Shown: positions 22,281-37,114 of the stretch, one piece after another
Numbering within the stretch: position 1 is the first letter of the stretch
Layout: each line of letters opens with the position of its first letter
Assembly: GCF_018977255.1 (NCBI RefSeq)
Contig: NW_024704745.1
Coordinates: 7,254,001 to 7,318,000, forward strand
Direction of reading: 5' to 3'
From: Callorhinchus milii
Taxonomy: Eukaryota
DNA: 64,000 nucleotides
Made by a program: the position numbers and the translations under genes
Notes under the pieces: generated by a model
Database searches by the model: none
What the model saw: the letters and a program-made list of their open reading frames with translations, nothing else
Told to the model about the DNA's origin: nothing

Positions 22281-24134
22281 AGGTTAAAGCTTTGCTCATT
22301 TGGTTGGGTCAGTCGAGTGTCTGATACATGTAGAAACCCATCACCGTGTTTAAGAGGATCCAAACCAAACAGATATCCACAAACGTATGCAATTTACACA
22401 TGCATATGTTCCTGCATTTGGAATGGAACGTGTACTCTCTCCCTGGATAGCTGCATCCTGCTTACCTAATTCTGGATAGTATTAGCCGGTGGTTGGCAAG
22501 GTCCAAGGTGTATGTTTGGGTACTCCTGGGACTTTACGCAGCTAAAACTATACAGTTTGCTATTGAAAGCTATGTAAATGCAATACTTCCAGCGATACTG
22601 GTTTTTGCTCTGCAAAATGCTTACAGTAGCAATTTATTTGCCACGCTTTGGTTCTCTCTTCGTTTGCAACGCAGCACCGAATTAGCAAAACTCAGCATGG
22701 ATGTCATTCACACCCCCTGTGCCCTAGTCACTTGCCATTACCCCAGTAATACAACATCTCCAGTGTACTCAGGAGCTTTACTTCACTTTTTGCAGTATCT
22801 ACCGAAATATTTTATTTTGATGTTAAGCAAGGGTAACCATTTCAGATATTTTGCAGTAAATGAGTTTCTCTACGGAAGGTAAGGTGACAACCTTTCCATT
22901 CAGAGAAATGAACCCCTTTTCTACACAGAAATCCCCAAAGGAAAAGCAATTCCAATCACCATAATATTATTTTACGTCTGAAGCAGGAATTAAAAATCTG
23001 CACAACCCCTTGTGCTGCCTTTTATTTGCCACACTTTGGTTCTCTCATCGTTTGCAATGTCTCGTCATTAAAAAAAGCATTAAAGCTAAAGCCCTTTGTC
23101 CTTTATGCGTCCTCTCTATTGGTCATACTCCACTGCCCATAAGAAACATAAGTGCAGTGAAAGCAGACTTGGCTGAAGCAGTCGGAAAGAAAATCAGGGC
23201 AGACTGACAGTAAGTAGTGATGCACGAAGTCGCTGCCAATAAACAGTGGGTCCTGTGACTAAAGGTAGGCATTTGGGGTGAGCTAGATGGATGGACTGCA
23301 TGGCTTTCCTCTTTAACCAGGCTTAATCAGCTCCTCCCTCGGCTCAGCGTTAGGCTCCGCCACAGTTAAGCACTCCAAGACGCTACCCCACGTGAAAGGC
23401 ACTCTAGAAATGCAAGTTGTTGTTGCTGACCATTCTTGCCTGGCTCTCAGTAACTTCAAGAATCCTCATCCCAAACTTCAAATCCTTTTGTGATCATTTC
23501 CTACCTCTACAATCTCCTCCTGCCCTATTCTCCCATCTGTGCCCTCGCTCTTCCGAATAGGTCTACTCAGCTATATGGCTGTACAAGCAGTGGACCTTAT
23601 CAGCCATTATGACCTCTGGAAAACTCAAAATCCTTTCTGCCTTGAAAACCCTCTTAAAAAAAGTCTTTTTGACTATACTTAGACAACACACTTAATATTT
23701 CCCCTCCTCTGGGTTGCCCAGCGGCTCTGTAAAGCTCCTTGAGACATTCATCCTATGTGAAAGATATGGTTGGGTGCAAGCGAATGCATCAAATGCTGAC
23801 CAGATAGTGATCAAGAAGCAGAATTTCACATAAGTCAACTGACCAGATAATTCTCAAATAGGATACAGCTCCCATCCTGCTAAATTTGGAATTCATTCAG
23901 TTTATACTGTACATTTTAAATTAATCAGGTAGCAGCAACTTTTTTTATATATAATGCAGCATATTCCTTTGCTAACTTGATCCACTATAACCCTAGGCAG
24001 CGTGACGTTATAATTATGCAGCTGTCTGATATGGCTTTATAAACGAGAAGGTTCAAAAGAAAAATATCTCCAGCGCTTATAGCGTAATACTGAACATTTC
24101 AAAGACAGCGTACGGCACAAATACTGCACAACAT

Positions 24135-24563
<429 letters not shown>

Positions 24564-24599
24564 CTAGGATAGAAGAAAAACAGTTAGAAAACAACTCAC

Positions 24600-24950
24600 A
24601 AAATAATATCCCGTACATTTCACATTGCCCTAAAATGTATAAACAGCAGCCATTTTTACACATAGCATAGTCTCACAAATGGCTACGAGCCAAGAAACCG
24701 ATTAATTTGGAAAATTGTTGGCCAGCTCACTGAGAGAAACTCTTTTCAATCCATGCTATGGGATCTACAATCCCCATCTTAAGAACGCGTAGATGGGACT
24801 ATGGTTTGACGTCTCATTCGAATATAGCCAAACAACATAATGCTTTCCCAACACTGCACCGAGTGCCAACCTAAACTTTGAGCTGAAGTGCCGACGAGAG
24901 GGGTTAAACCCACAACCTTTTGACCCAAGAAGTTACTAACCAAGTTGATG
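24600..24950 (-). mobile_element. Degenerate Deu-domain SINE immediately upstream of the exon 3 acceptor
   Basis: The reverse complement has gaatgagacgtcaaacc..agatcccatagca..aatggctgc, which are Deu core motifs. Confidence 0.6.
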
Positions 24951-27900
24951 CACAGAAAACAGCAGCTTGCACTTATTCAATTCATGTAAAGAAACAGCTC
25001 AATGCTCATGACAACTCCACTTGATTTAAAATTTGCCGCCCAACGGACCTGGGACAGATTTGCACTTAGGAGAATTTTATCTGGAATAAAGAATTATCTA
25101 CAATTTGGAAATAGCATATTTATCAAATGTATCAGTGACACCCACCAGAAGAACAGTGCACTAGCTAGCAACAGAAAGGATGTCACTAAAGAAATTGCAT
25201 TTTATTGGAATGTCAAACAACCATATGATGGATAAGGCTCCAGTGGCAGAGATAAAAGAGGCCATCATCATCAGATGTCAAATGGAACAGAATATCTAGT
25301 GGAACTTTTGATTATTCTTGATAATGCAGGGACTTCAGGTCGACAGATGACACTTCAATGCATAATAATGGATGGTTACATATGCAGCCAAAGTGCAGGT
25401 GAATGGATTATCTTTCCTCACATAGTGGCAATCGAGAAGGGAGTAATCGAGGTTCCATTGTAAATTAAATTGTAGACTAAATGGCATCCTCATGTTTGGT
25501 GCCCAGTATCAGAATCTAGAATGACAAGGTTGCCCTGGATTAAAATTAAACTCCCTCTGCCCTTTACAACAAAACTATTCACTACGACCCCAGAAGATCA
25601 CTCCTAACTGCTTCGCGCAACATTTGTTTCCCTTACTAGCTAGCCACTGTTATGGCTTCTTGTGGACCATTGGCGGATAGGCCTTCAGCTTTTCTGTCCC
25701 AATCCTCTGAAACTAATACCCAAATCCCTCTGCCTCACCCCCTTGCTTGCCTCCTTCAAGGACCATATCAAGTCCTTCCTCTTTGACCACGCCTTCGACC
25801 ACACTCCCACCCTCTCTCCCCCTCCTTCCAACTCTCTTGATTCCAACAGCCAACTCGGGTGAGGGTATTACACTTTCTGGGGCGTGGCCTGCTCAATGCC
25901 AGTGCAATATAATTGAGCACAACAGTTGTGTCCTGAGGTCTGGATGGCTTAGGATTTATCTACAGAAAATTTGTGTTTCGACACACAATGGAGAAGATCT
26001 GGAATTACAGCCTTCCCCATTTGCAAAACTTATGCACCCCACCTCATACAATCCATGTGAGAACCAAATACTTAATTTGACACAGATTTTGTTTTTTGCT
26101 GTAAACTTGCTTTCACACCCTGAATTTCTTTACAAATCTCCTTCTCACTTTCTCCTTCTTACTTGCGTCACCCTGTTAAAAGTCACAAGGTCTACAATTA
26201 GTCGGAAGTCTAATCCACTTCCGATTGTCTGATGTGCGGATAGCGTGACATTTTAATAATAATCATCCTTGCATTTATTATATTAGTTTTTGTCATTGAA
26301 ATGACTCAAAGTCCTTAATAGGTAGTTGGAGAAATTGTTGACCAAGATACCGGGTGAAACTCCCTTCTCTTTTCCAATAATATCATGGGATACTTATCAG
26401 AACGGAAACAACCTCAGTTGTTGTCTCAGTCAAAAGACTGCATCTTCAACAATACTGCGTTCCCCCACCTCCAGTATTGCACAGGAGTTTTAATTTATTT
26501 TTTAGCTCAGTTGCTGTGGGAAAAATGGCTAAATGTTCCTATTTCCTCTCATGAACAGTGAGACTGCAACCCCTTCCACCTTCCCACCGACCGAACACTT
26601 GAAATGCAAACAGCAATTGCAACTAAGCCCAAGTTTGGAGTCAAACCATCTTGAGTGATCTTGAAGATCTGTTAATATTGAAACCACTTAAGTCATGAAA
26701 GCTGAAAAGATCAGAAGCGTTTATATTTTCAATGATTAGGCCTGCTAAATTTTCTTACTGCAATTCAGCTGCACCCCTCAAATTTATTTTAGCATTTATT
26801 ATGTGCTATGTGCTGGGTTTTGTGGGCTGGCGAGAATCCATTCAGATAGTGCGCCACAATTAAAATCCATTAAAAGAAAGCACGATCAATGGGCAAAAGA
26901 GTTTCCGCACGAAAGCCAACATTTTTCAAAACACAAGGTACAAAAAATGAGCAAATAAAATTTATGCATTGTGCTTCCCAGGGCACAGAACTAGAGATAA
27001 AGAACTGTGGTGGGTCATTGAGACCAATTGAAAGGAACTGAACTAGCAAGACTTACAACTCTGGTGAAGACAAATGTGTGGCTGACTCCTCAATGAAGGA
27101 GACCGCATGATTCTGTCTGGCTCTTTGGCTTATGCTGACTATGAGAGCAATAATCAGGAGCGCAACATGCAGCACCTCACATAGAGTCAATCACTTCCAT
27201 CGAGCGAAGCCTCAGAAAACTGACGAAAGTGGCCATTGATTCTTGAAGGCGTTTGTTCCAGTTTATCAATGACGGACGGCAATAATTTGCTTGCACAAAA
27301 ATAACCGCCCCACTTAAAAAAAAAAACACATTTTCCTCAACTCTTCTACCTGCCTCTCAGGTTTTACTAAGAACTTTAATGCAATCTACTCGCAAAACCC
27401 ATTTGATCTCCAGTTCAGTTAATGGAATTCAATGGCATGTTACATGAGATGACAAAGGGCGTCATTGTTGGTGCTACTCTGTGCTGCAACTTAGCTCTAC
27501 CTTGAAAAAAAATGTAAAGAAAGCTATTGTCAGCACACACTTTTCATCCCACAGCGCAGATTATATAATAACCACCACACACAAGTCATTCCCTCTGGCT
27601 CAACACACTGCATAATACGCAACACAAAACTAGGTGCACATAAAAAAAAACACAATGGACAATGGTGCACACTGTCTCACAATTTGAAACACCGACTCGT
27701 GCAATTTAAAGCTGACCAGGGTGCTTGCTTACCCTCAACCTTGGTGTACCAAAAAACAGTCCGGATACAATGATCAATCAGAACAGGAATACGAATTTGC
27801 AGGAATTTCTAACAATCTTTGCATTTGATATAGTGCCTTATCATGTGAAAACTTCTCAAAGCGATTCACTGTAATTACTGTAAGTGCCGTGACTGTAGTT

Positions 27901-28459
27901 GAACGTGGCAGTCAACTTTGCTCACAACACTGTCCCATATAAATAGCAAAAGCTATTATATGGAGGATAACAACCAGAGCACTGGGATAAATATGGTCAA
28001 GGGTTCTTGAATGTCGATCTAAACAATAGATGGGACCTGAACATCTCATCCGAAGGAACATCACCTCTGAAAATGGAGCTCTCTAAACAGCACTGCACTG
28101 GGGTGTCAGTCTGTGAGCAAAATTCCCAGCATCTAGATGTGAAAACTATAGCTCCAGTGTTTGCACCACACTGCTGTTTTCTGCATTGGAAACACGTAGG
28201 TCTCTAATTATCCACATTGTGTCCACTACTTATACATTAATACAGCTAAAAATAACCTAATACATTCAGCTGAACTGTGAGAGAACAAGTCAACTGGGCC
28301 ACTGCAGCTAATGTGGATGCTGCACAAAATGCGTTTGCTTCCACCAGCATTCCCAAGACACTGAGATCATTTTTTCTTAAAAAAAGAATAACAGTAGCAC
28401 AAAATCTCAAGACATCAAATGGGGAAAGAACACTGTCCCAAGTGCCTCGTCATATTTTT

Positions 28460-28600
28460 GTCTCTCTCTCTTCCTCTCTCGCTCTCTGAGAACAAGAGAG
28501 ACAGAGGGAAAAGAAGAATGAAAAAGAGGAAAAAATGAACGAAAAAGAAAAGAACAAGGATACATCGAGAGCGAAATAAAGATAGAAAGAATGAGAATCG
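28460..28600. repeat. (CT)n followed by a GA-rich low-complexity tract
   Basis: tctctctctcttcctctctcgctctctg followed by agagagacagagggaaaagaag... Confidence 0.6.
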
Positions 28601-30749
28601 CTAATGAACTACAATGCACTTCTGCTATAATTTAGTTTTCTTAAAGAAAGTTTCTAGTCACTTACATTTTGGATAGTTAATATAGATTTTTTTAAATATA
28701 TGGATATATGGTAGCAGGGGTGGGACAGAGGGAGTAAGGCCTGGAGAATTTGATTGAACATTAAACATTTAGGACACAATCATAGGTGACTTTCTAACAG
28801 AGGCAAATCGGTCCATAGCAGTCAGATTGTTAACCACATTGTCTTGAAGATTCCAATGGAAATTAATAAATTATATGCAGCATAAACATTAACCCTGATG
28901 ATATTGCAGTTGACCAGCTAACTCAAAGTTCAGCTGAGAGGGAGAGAACATCGAACCAAGTGAATCGGATGAAGACTGGAACGTTAAACTCACAGTCTAG
29001 GCTGACTTGCTGCATTTTTGGAAGCGCTATCCTTTGGATGAGATGTAAACTGAGTCTTCCTATTCAGGTGGACTTTAAAGATCCCATGTTACTATTTGAC
29101 AAAAGAAGGGAATTTCTCCCTTGTCCTGGCCAACAGTTCCCCCATATAAAACTGGTCATTCAACTCAATATTGTATGCAAATTGGCTGTCTATGAATACA
29201 CAGACACTACGCTTCATAGAAAAACTCTGTGACGCACTTTGATAAATTATCTATAAAGTCAATGTTTCAAACGCCAGGATTGTTTTTGAATCAGTTCAAT
29301 TGAGGTTTACTAGAATCCCTCACTAAAGGCATTCACATTAAGTGCACTTTCACTGGCTCCTCTAACATCTCAGTATAGACCTTTATAACATTGCAGGATC
29401 TTATTTCAGCTGCTGTTAAAAGTTAGAGGAAAACCCTGAACTGCGCTTTGGGCAAAGTAGGAAGAGGTATCAGAAAAAATGAGGTTTAAAAAAATCTCAC
29501 TCAAGGAAAGCTGAACGAGACAAACCCATAAAGAAACAGGATGTGAAATATGACTGTTCAAGCTATTACTGTTACATAATAAACACTAAAGAAATCTACT
29601 TTTCCTAAGAATCTACCCTAATACCTCTCAAAGCAGAAGAATACCAGAAATTCTACCACAGGCAAAATAATCATTGCTCTGCCAAACTGCATAACCTTCT
29701 CTGTAAAATGCTGGAAACTGTGGCACGTAGTGAAATTGGATGTATTGCTCCTAATGGTTACTCTGCCATTTATTTGAAGCTGGTCACTACAGCCCCTGTA
29801 ACAAGCAGCCCCATCTTACCAGGAGGCTCAGCGGCTTCACACCATCAGGCAGGCAGCTAAGACTCTACTGGTCCAACTGGCACAGATGGGCTATGGAAGC
29901 AAAGGGGATGGACTGGATTCCAAACTATCCCGGTCGGTGCAGGGATATGCGTTGGTGCTGGCAAACCAGCACTCTTCAATCTCAATCTCCAGGACACGAT
30001 TTTAAAAAGACTGCATGCTTACAATTGTCATAAGTGGGAACAAAAATCTGTATCAGAAACTAAGTCGTCAGTCACTGCAATTGCTTGAGGAGTATACAAT
30101 TCCTCCCCAGCCCCTTCAAATTCCATATTCTAATAGTTAGACCCATCGTAAATCAAGATCCTGGGAAATTTACATTTATTGAATGAAATAAAGGCCTACA
30201 AAAAAAAAACATGTCAAAAACACAGCATGGTACAACGTGAAGAGAAGGCTGCTCATGCTGTGGAACAGATCGCAATGCAGCTGTTCCGAATAGTGGGAGA
30301 AAAGGGACACAGGACAGTTGCCAGCAGTCAGACAGAGACTGTTACATGAGCACGTGAAAGGGATCACCGTGTGAATAGCCACAGCCCTCCCCCACTTTTC
30401 CATTACTTTGGGACTGACCAGATGGACTGCAAGAGTCCTGTAGATTCCTATGTAAAGACTGGAGAAGTTGTTGAAGACCCATCCTAGAAAAATCTAGGAT
30501 ATCGATTATATAGCTTTAACTTTTACTGCAGCGTTCTATCTGGATAAAATTTGGTGGTCTTGAGTCAGGTGAGGCTTAAAATAGAAACATAAATTTTCAG
30601 CACAGAAGGAAGCCATTCGGCCCCTTGTGTTCATGCCACTGCTATCTGTTTTATCACCTTTCATTAGTAATCCCAATTTTCAGTTTATTCCCCATATCCT
30701 TTATTTTTAGCTCTCGAGCGCTTATTCAATTCTCGTTTGAACTCATGTA

Positions 30750-31110
30750 GTCTAGGCTGATGCTCCAATGCAGTGCTGGCGGTATGCTGTACTGTGCCGA
30801 GGTGTCATCCTTCAGGTGAGATGTTAAACAGAGGTCCCCTCAGCCTGTAAATGTGGATGTTAAATATGCCATGGCATTCTTCGTAAAGGGAATGGAGTTT
30901 CTCTCTGGTATCATTGGAAAACAATCTTCCAGATAAAATTGGTCACTTAATTCAGGGCTGTTTATAGGATAATGCTGTATGCAAATTGGCTGCCTCATTC
31001 GCCTACATAATGCAGATTTACTACCTTTTACAGTAAATCTTGTGAAACAACATGAAGGGTCCTTCTGATGTGAAAGGCACAGTATAAAATGCAAGGATTA
31101 TTATTATTTA
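30750..31110 (+). mobile_element. Deu-domain SINE
   Basis: gaggtgtcatccttcaggtgagatgttaaacagagg..caaattggctgc..gtgaaaggcacagtataaaatgcaaggattattattatt. Confidence 0.75.
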
Positions 31111-34090
31111 ATGCGCCTACAGATTCAGCCCCACTAGCCAGTTTGATAAAATTGTATCTTTCACATATTCTCCTTAGCACCAATCAAAAATATCTTCAAC
31201 ATGTTATCAGTATAGGCTTGGGCAGCAGTAGCAGAGCTCATTTTAGCATCTTTAAGTTATTACTCAGTGCATCACCACTGGAGAGAGACGAACAAGTAGA
31301 ATTGTTGAACTAATCAGAAATGTTGCAACAAGACAACTTAATCAGGATTCCTCCTTCAGTAAAAAAACTCTCCATCTAAGTTTTCCTCTAAACGTGGATG
31401 ACTTTTAGCAACACGGGCTTGAGCTTTAAAGCAAATTTACGGCAGAATATACTTTAATACTGGATTTTCCCAATCCTACTGGTTGAGTGTGTGGGCATTC
31501 CTAAAATGATGCAAAAGTCAAATGAATTTTTTCTCAAGAGGTGGCGCTAATTGCTGAAACATTCATTGATAATTCATTAACCATATAGAGACCCAGCTCC
31601 AGTGCCAAGACAGCATTGTTAAATACCTTGGGATGTCCTCCCAACGTAAAAGGCGCTTTATAGATGTAAATTTGTATTGTATTGGTTACAATACAAATTA
31701 AATTACATCCAGTTCAGTCCCATAAAAATACCTTTATAAGAATTTTTTTTAAATGTAGCATGTTGAAACATGTCAAATTGCTTCAGAGTAACTACAGTCT
31801 GTAAAGACTATGGGAAACATGGCAGCCATTCTGTTCACAGCCAAGTCCCACACACAGCCACTGACCATTCACTTGGAGGATTGTTGGCAAGAACACATTT
31901 TCTAAAAGTGTCACAGGATGTTTAATGTGCAGCTGAACAAGTAGCTGGGGCGTTGGTCCGCTTGAAAATGCAGCATTCTCTCTCTCAAGAAATTGAGACT
32001 TTACCGTTGTACAAAAGTACAAAGCATCAAACTAATGCACGTAGTGTTTGTGAACAGATGGCAGGCAGTACTCTGACTGAGTGGAATATTAAGCCAAATG
32101 AGATCTCATATTAAAGGATTTGTGCTGCTAAATCCTTTATAACCCGAATGCTCAGCTATAAACATCTAAAAGCTGTAGTATCCTTTTGTTGGTCAGGGTG
32201 GTCCTCTCAAAATCTAATGCATCACAAATCTTCCTCTGAACGCTGAACCGATTTGAGCTTCTTTAATGTGTAAAATATAGTCAGGGAAGGTTGAGCTAAA
32301 GTTCAAAGTGAGGACTCTTGTCATGACTTGCACAATTGTTGTGGAGCCTTAAACGACGACACAAAATATCAGAATCACTTCCTGAAGGCTTTTAACTACA
32401 TTTTGCTAACTCCTTTGTATTGTGATAGAAGATGAGGTACTTAATGAAGAATTTCAACTGCAAGCCGCTACTGAAGATGCGGCAGTGGATATCATTTGCT
32501 TTAATATCTAATGCTTGGCTCAGTTGGTTACACGCTCGTCTTTGGGTCAGAGGATTGTGGGTTCAAGCCCCACTTCAGGACCTTCAGTGGCTAATTGGGA
32601 GAAATGCCATCCTTTGGATGAAGCGTAAAACCAAGGTCCTGATTTGCCTGTACGAGTGGATGCTAAGGATATTACAAAACGATTCAAAATGATAAATGTT
32701 TCCTGGTGTCCAGGCCCAGCAATCCTCCAAATAAAAAAAACCTCTAGGCCTCATGTTGTTTTGGGCGCACACAACCCTGTGCTAAACTGTGAGCAGCTAC
32801 CCCCACCCCTAACATGGTCTAATAATCTTGATACACATGATCAAGGCTCAAAGGTGAATCACGGCCAAATGCAAAGTGCTGGAAATTCCACAGCGGTTCA
32901 TTCAGGATCCGAAAGAGAGAGGCAAGTAGGTTAACGTTTCAGAGACCTATTTTAGATCCTGGTTTACCCACCGTGCATTTCTATTTTCTATTTCTAGCCT
33001 TCTTGTTTTATTTCATGAATAATTGTTAACTTGTGTAAGGCACTGCAGGGAATTCATTGAACGGCATCATAGAAGGGAAAAAAACAGGATCGAGCAACTT
33101 TCACGGGCCTGAAATTCCACCTGGCCTTAGTCGGCCATACCATTTGTGAAAAATCACGGCACATGCAGAATTGTGGAAAATTCTTATCAGCCACATTTTG
33201 GAAGCTGGCTTTCTAAAAGTTGGTTCTTAAAAAGAACTGCAGTTTTTCCAAATTAGGACTGAATTTAAGAAACGTTCACAATTTTGTACCATCTTAAATT
33301 TGATGATGTAGGCCATGACTAGGTGACACTTTGGAGCTCTGGTGTAGACGGTTAAAAGAAAATCTCCACAAGACTTTTTTCCATCAGGTATCTTTCCTTT
33401 CTAGAACAAAGAAGGTTGAGAGGCGAACTGTAGGATAGAGACTCAAAATTATGAGGGGCTTTGATAAAGTAAATAGAGAAACAGATTTCCATTGTTTGGT
33501 GGGTAGGCAAGTAGATGGTAACAAATTAAAATCCTAGGAAACTCTTTCTCACACGACATGGATCGCCCTGCAAAAAACTGTGGTGAAAGTCATATTATAG
33601 CACACGGCACAGCACAGGTTGCCTTAGAATCTATTAACTGGTAATTGGGCCCCATCATGCTCCCTCAGTCACTGACCTTGATTCAGTGAGCTCTGTGCTT
33701 ATTACTGCTTCAAGCCTAACAATGGCAGCCAATTTTAGGGAAGCAGGGAAAAAAAAGTATGCTGTCCAGAATGATTGCTTTTTCCAGCCCATAATAGCTG
33801 CAGGCATGGCATTCTCTGACAGCCATTTCTACTCGAACGCAAAATGGCATAATATCTTTATTTGGCCTCAATGTTTACAAAAAAAAAGGCGATTACTCTC
33901 TCCGTGCACTTCTTCCTCAAAACACTCGTCCCTGCAAATTTTATTTGAACAATAGACATCACCATTTGATAAATTCAGCTGTGAATACATTGGGTAGGCA
34001 ACCTCTCCGCGGATGCTGGGTGTACATAGCCGAATGGAGACGACGCGCGAGCGAAACGAAAATTCTCTCTGCCATTTCTGCAGACCTTAC

Positions 34091-34261
34091 CTCCTGACAG
34101 TATTGCAAGATTCCTTCTTTGGTGCCAAAGCAGCTGTTCGTTCCGGAAGGATCTGATATCCACTTGCCAGTCTGTACGTTCATGTGCATGTTCAGCTTGT
34201 CACAGAACATAGCGATCTGTGGTTCCGCTGCCAGCAATCCAGTACCCCCATCAGTTGGTAC
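34091..34261 (-). CDS. APP: APP exon 2 equivalent (start of E1 growth-factor-like domain), 171 nt, phase 0-0
   Basis: Translates [57 protein letters not shown], matching human [19 protein letters not shown]...[10 protein letters not shown] with one extra residue. Acceptor gtttcccag|GTA, donor GAG|gtaagg. Confidence 0.97.
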
Positions 34262-36689
34262 CTGGGAAACAGAAGGGTCTCAGTTACAAACAACGGTGCA
34301 AATAGATCGAAGGACTAGGCTGCAATTTTTAGAGTTCTTTTAACAAATTTTTTAAAGTAGCCCTGATGTCTAGAAAATTCGGCCCCAAATTATTAAGGAT
34401 CTGAGCCGTTAGATTACACTCTTAAAAGTTATGGCTGTGCAGAATTTTGGAATATTCTCAACATGGGCAGGTCAACATGGAGCACAACTGCCATTCAAAA
34501 AAAGGACAATTTAATGAAAATAAGTTGGAAAGTGGGGAGGAAAGTAAAGTGAGTAGTGAGTTCCGAGAAAACAATTAGCATGATTTCCCCCAATGCTTAG
34601 AGGATTAATAAACACTTCCCTATATATTAGAGTGATTCTAGGCCACTTTGGAAGGCATTTAAAGGGTCAACCATGTAGTGTGGCACTGGATTATAAGCAG
34701 ATGGGTTTATTTTATAGCTTTGTGGCGCTAGCTCAAATTAAGCAATTGCCATTAACGGGGTTCAAACACATAACATCTGGATTTGCTAGTCCAGCATCAA
34801 TAACCCTATACTAACGCGTCCCACTTAACAACAAAAGCTTCTAAAATTAAACCAGGTAACTTGGCAGGGCATCAAATGTTCACTCGACTTGCACCTCTCT
34901 TAGAGCTTTGCTCCCGTTGTAAAGGAGCGGAAGCACATTTGAGAGGCAGTCAGCAGGAATGTATGAATCAAATCGCAAGCCACACAGCATCTCCAGCTGC
35001 ACCTCATACACAAAGCGGCTCCTGTGAACAAGCAGAAAATGTGTCTCTTCAAAGATAAAAGTTTAAAGTTAAAGCAGCTTTTTTTAAATACAGTTTTGCA
35101 ATTATAAGGCCGCTTGGTGGATCTAACCATCTCATGGAGAAGTCAACATCCACACTTGCTGCCTTTGAAGAAATTGATAATTCACAGCCAGACCGCTGTC
35201 TTAATCTTCCTCTCACACACCTTCCTCCAGTGAAGATTGTGACTCGTGGGAGGTACAATTCCCCCAAGGGTTTAAGACCAGTTTATCTGGAGTTTTTTTT
35301 GGCCAGGAAACCAAGAGAAACAATTTATTTTCCAACAGTGTCACAAGAAGGGAGCTTCTCCCAGTTTCCAAGCCAACAATCTCCCAGATAACATTCACTC
35401 CATTGTTGTTTGTGAGGCGTTGCTGTACACAAATCGGCCGTTATATTCACTACAATCACTAATTTACAGTGAAATCCTGGAAGCACTTTAAGATGTTTCG
35501 ACAACACAAGATACTACTATATGAAATGCAAGAATTATTGAATTATTTCATTATAACGGAATATTTAACATGTACCTGAAAAGGCAGACTGAAAATTAGT
35601 TTAACATTTCATCAGAAGGATCTGACAATACATTGCCCGCCATTATTTCAGTGAAGTGCCAGCCTAGGTTATAAGATCATGACCAGTCGCTTGAGCCACC
35701 AAAGCCAATCCTGCAGTCCAGCATTTGAAAGCTGTGCGAGAAGAGGAAGTAATGCCCAAGTTTCAAGCGACAATCAAAGAAGCTGCTTTTATTTATGCTT
35801 CAATAGAAGAAATAGTCTGATAGATTCCAGGATAGAATTTTAAATCTTTATGCTGTAGCTTGAGGTGTTCGAGTTTCTGTGCTAAGAGTAATGAAGTGAA
35901 TGTTCACAGGAGTGTGTGGCTTTACTGCATCTGTCCTGCACAGATAAGACAATAATTAACAGGGCATGAGCTTCAAAGCACCTTTGAAATCAGACGATAA
36001 ATTGATTCTTCTTAGAATTTTAATCTCAACAGAACGGAAGGGGACCAAAAGCACAGCCGAAGATGTAGCTTTTCAAAGGTGGGGGGAAAGGGAAGATGAT
36101 AGAGAGCAAGGCAGAGGGAAAGCAAAAGTTATTTAATTTGTTTCATACAAGATGCGGCTATTTTCCTTTGAAAAAGCTCTAGGTTTCAATGGAGCAGCTC
36201 CTCCCCTCTAATTTTCAGTAAACAGCTTCTCAATGAATCTGACATAACCGTCTGTTAGGTAAAACAATACAATATGTCACATCTAATGCTCTTCTCTATC
36301 CGTTGCCTCCCTATGCAAGGAAATACGACCGGGAGCAGTTACCACACCAATGACCCCTACACTATCGAAAAATACCCCCATTTTAAAATGGAAGATTTGT
36401 TGAGTTGTTTTTGGTGCTTTACAAAAGTGATAGTAATCCTTGCACGACCTGACAGGGTGGTGGAAGCGGATTCAAAAATGACTTTCGAAAGGGAGTTGGA
36501 TATTTATTTGAAAAGAAAAAAATTGTAAGGCGATGGCGAAAGAATGGGGGAGTAGGACTGATTGGATAGCTCTTTCAAAGAGCCAGCACAGGCATGATAG
36601 TCCAAATGACCTCCTTTTATGCTGTTGGAATCTATGAATAATAATCCTTTTATGTAGCATTTTATATAGCACCTTTCATGTCAGAAGGA

Positions 36690-36840
36690 TCTCTCAAATC
36701 CTCCAATAATGCAGCACTCCTAGCACTGCATTCGAGCATCAGTCAAGACTACATGAATTCCATGTCCCAATGCTGAGTTTGAACCCACAAACTTCTGACT
36801 CAGGAGACGAGAGTGTTACCAGTTGAACCAGGCTGACACA
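36690..36840 (-). mobile_element. Deu-SINE tRNA head fragment
   Basis: The reverse complement gtcagcctggttcaactggtaacactctc..ctgagtcagaagtttgtgggttcaaactc carries A and B boxes. Confidence 0.65.
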
Positions 36841-36974
36841 GGAGGGGTGGTAGTTGGGGAAGAGAGAGAGGTTCCTAAAATGCAATTCATAATTTAATCA
36901 GTGCCCCAAACCTCTGTGTATTGGCATGACCAATTTATTATTGGTTTTTTTCTTGACGGATTATTATCAGGTGT

Positions 36975-37066
36975 GTAGAGTAAGGAAACTTACTCAAGGT
37001 TTCGCCTTGTCAGGAATCAAACCCAAATCTCTCGCTTGCGAGGCGAGCTAACCACTGAGCTACCAG
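36975..37066 (-). mobile_element. Second SINE family, 5' part (tRNA-Ala-like head)
   Basis: The reverse complement ggtagctcagtggttagctcgcctcgcaagcgagagatttgggtttgattcctgacaaggcgaaaccttgagtaagtttccttactc matches the head of the copy at 53947. Confidence 0.7.
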
Positions 37067-37114
37067 ATTACCCCATTACCATCCATGGACAGGACTTTAT
37101 TCATTACATATAAA

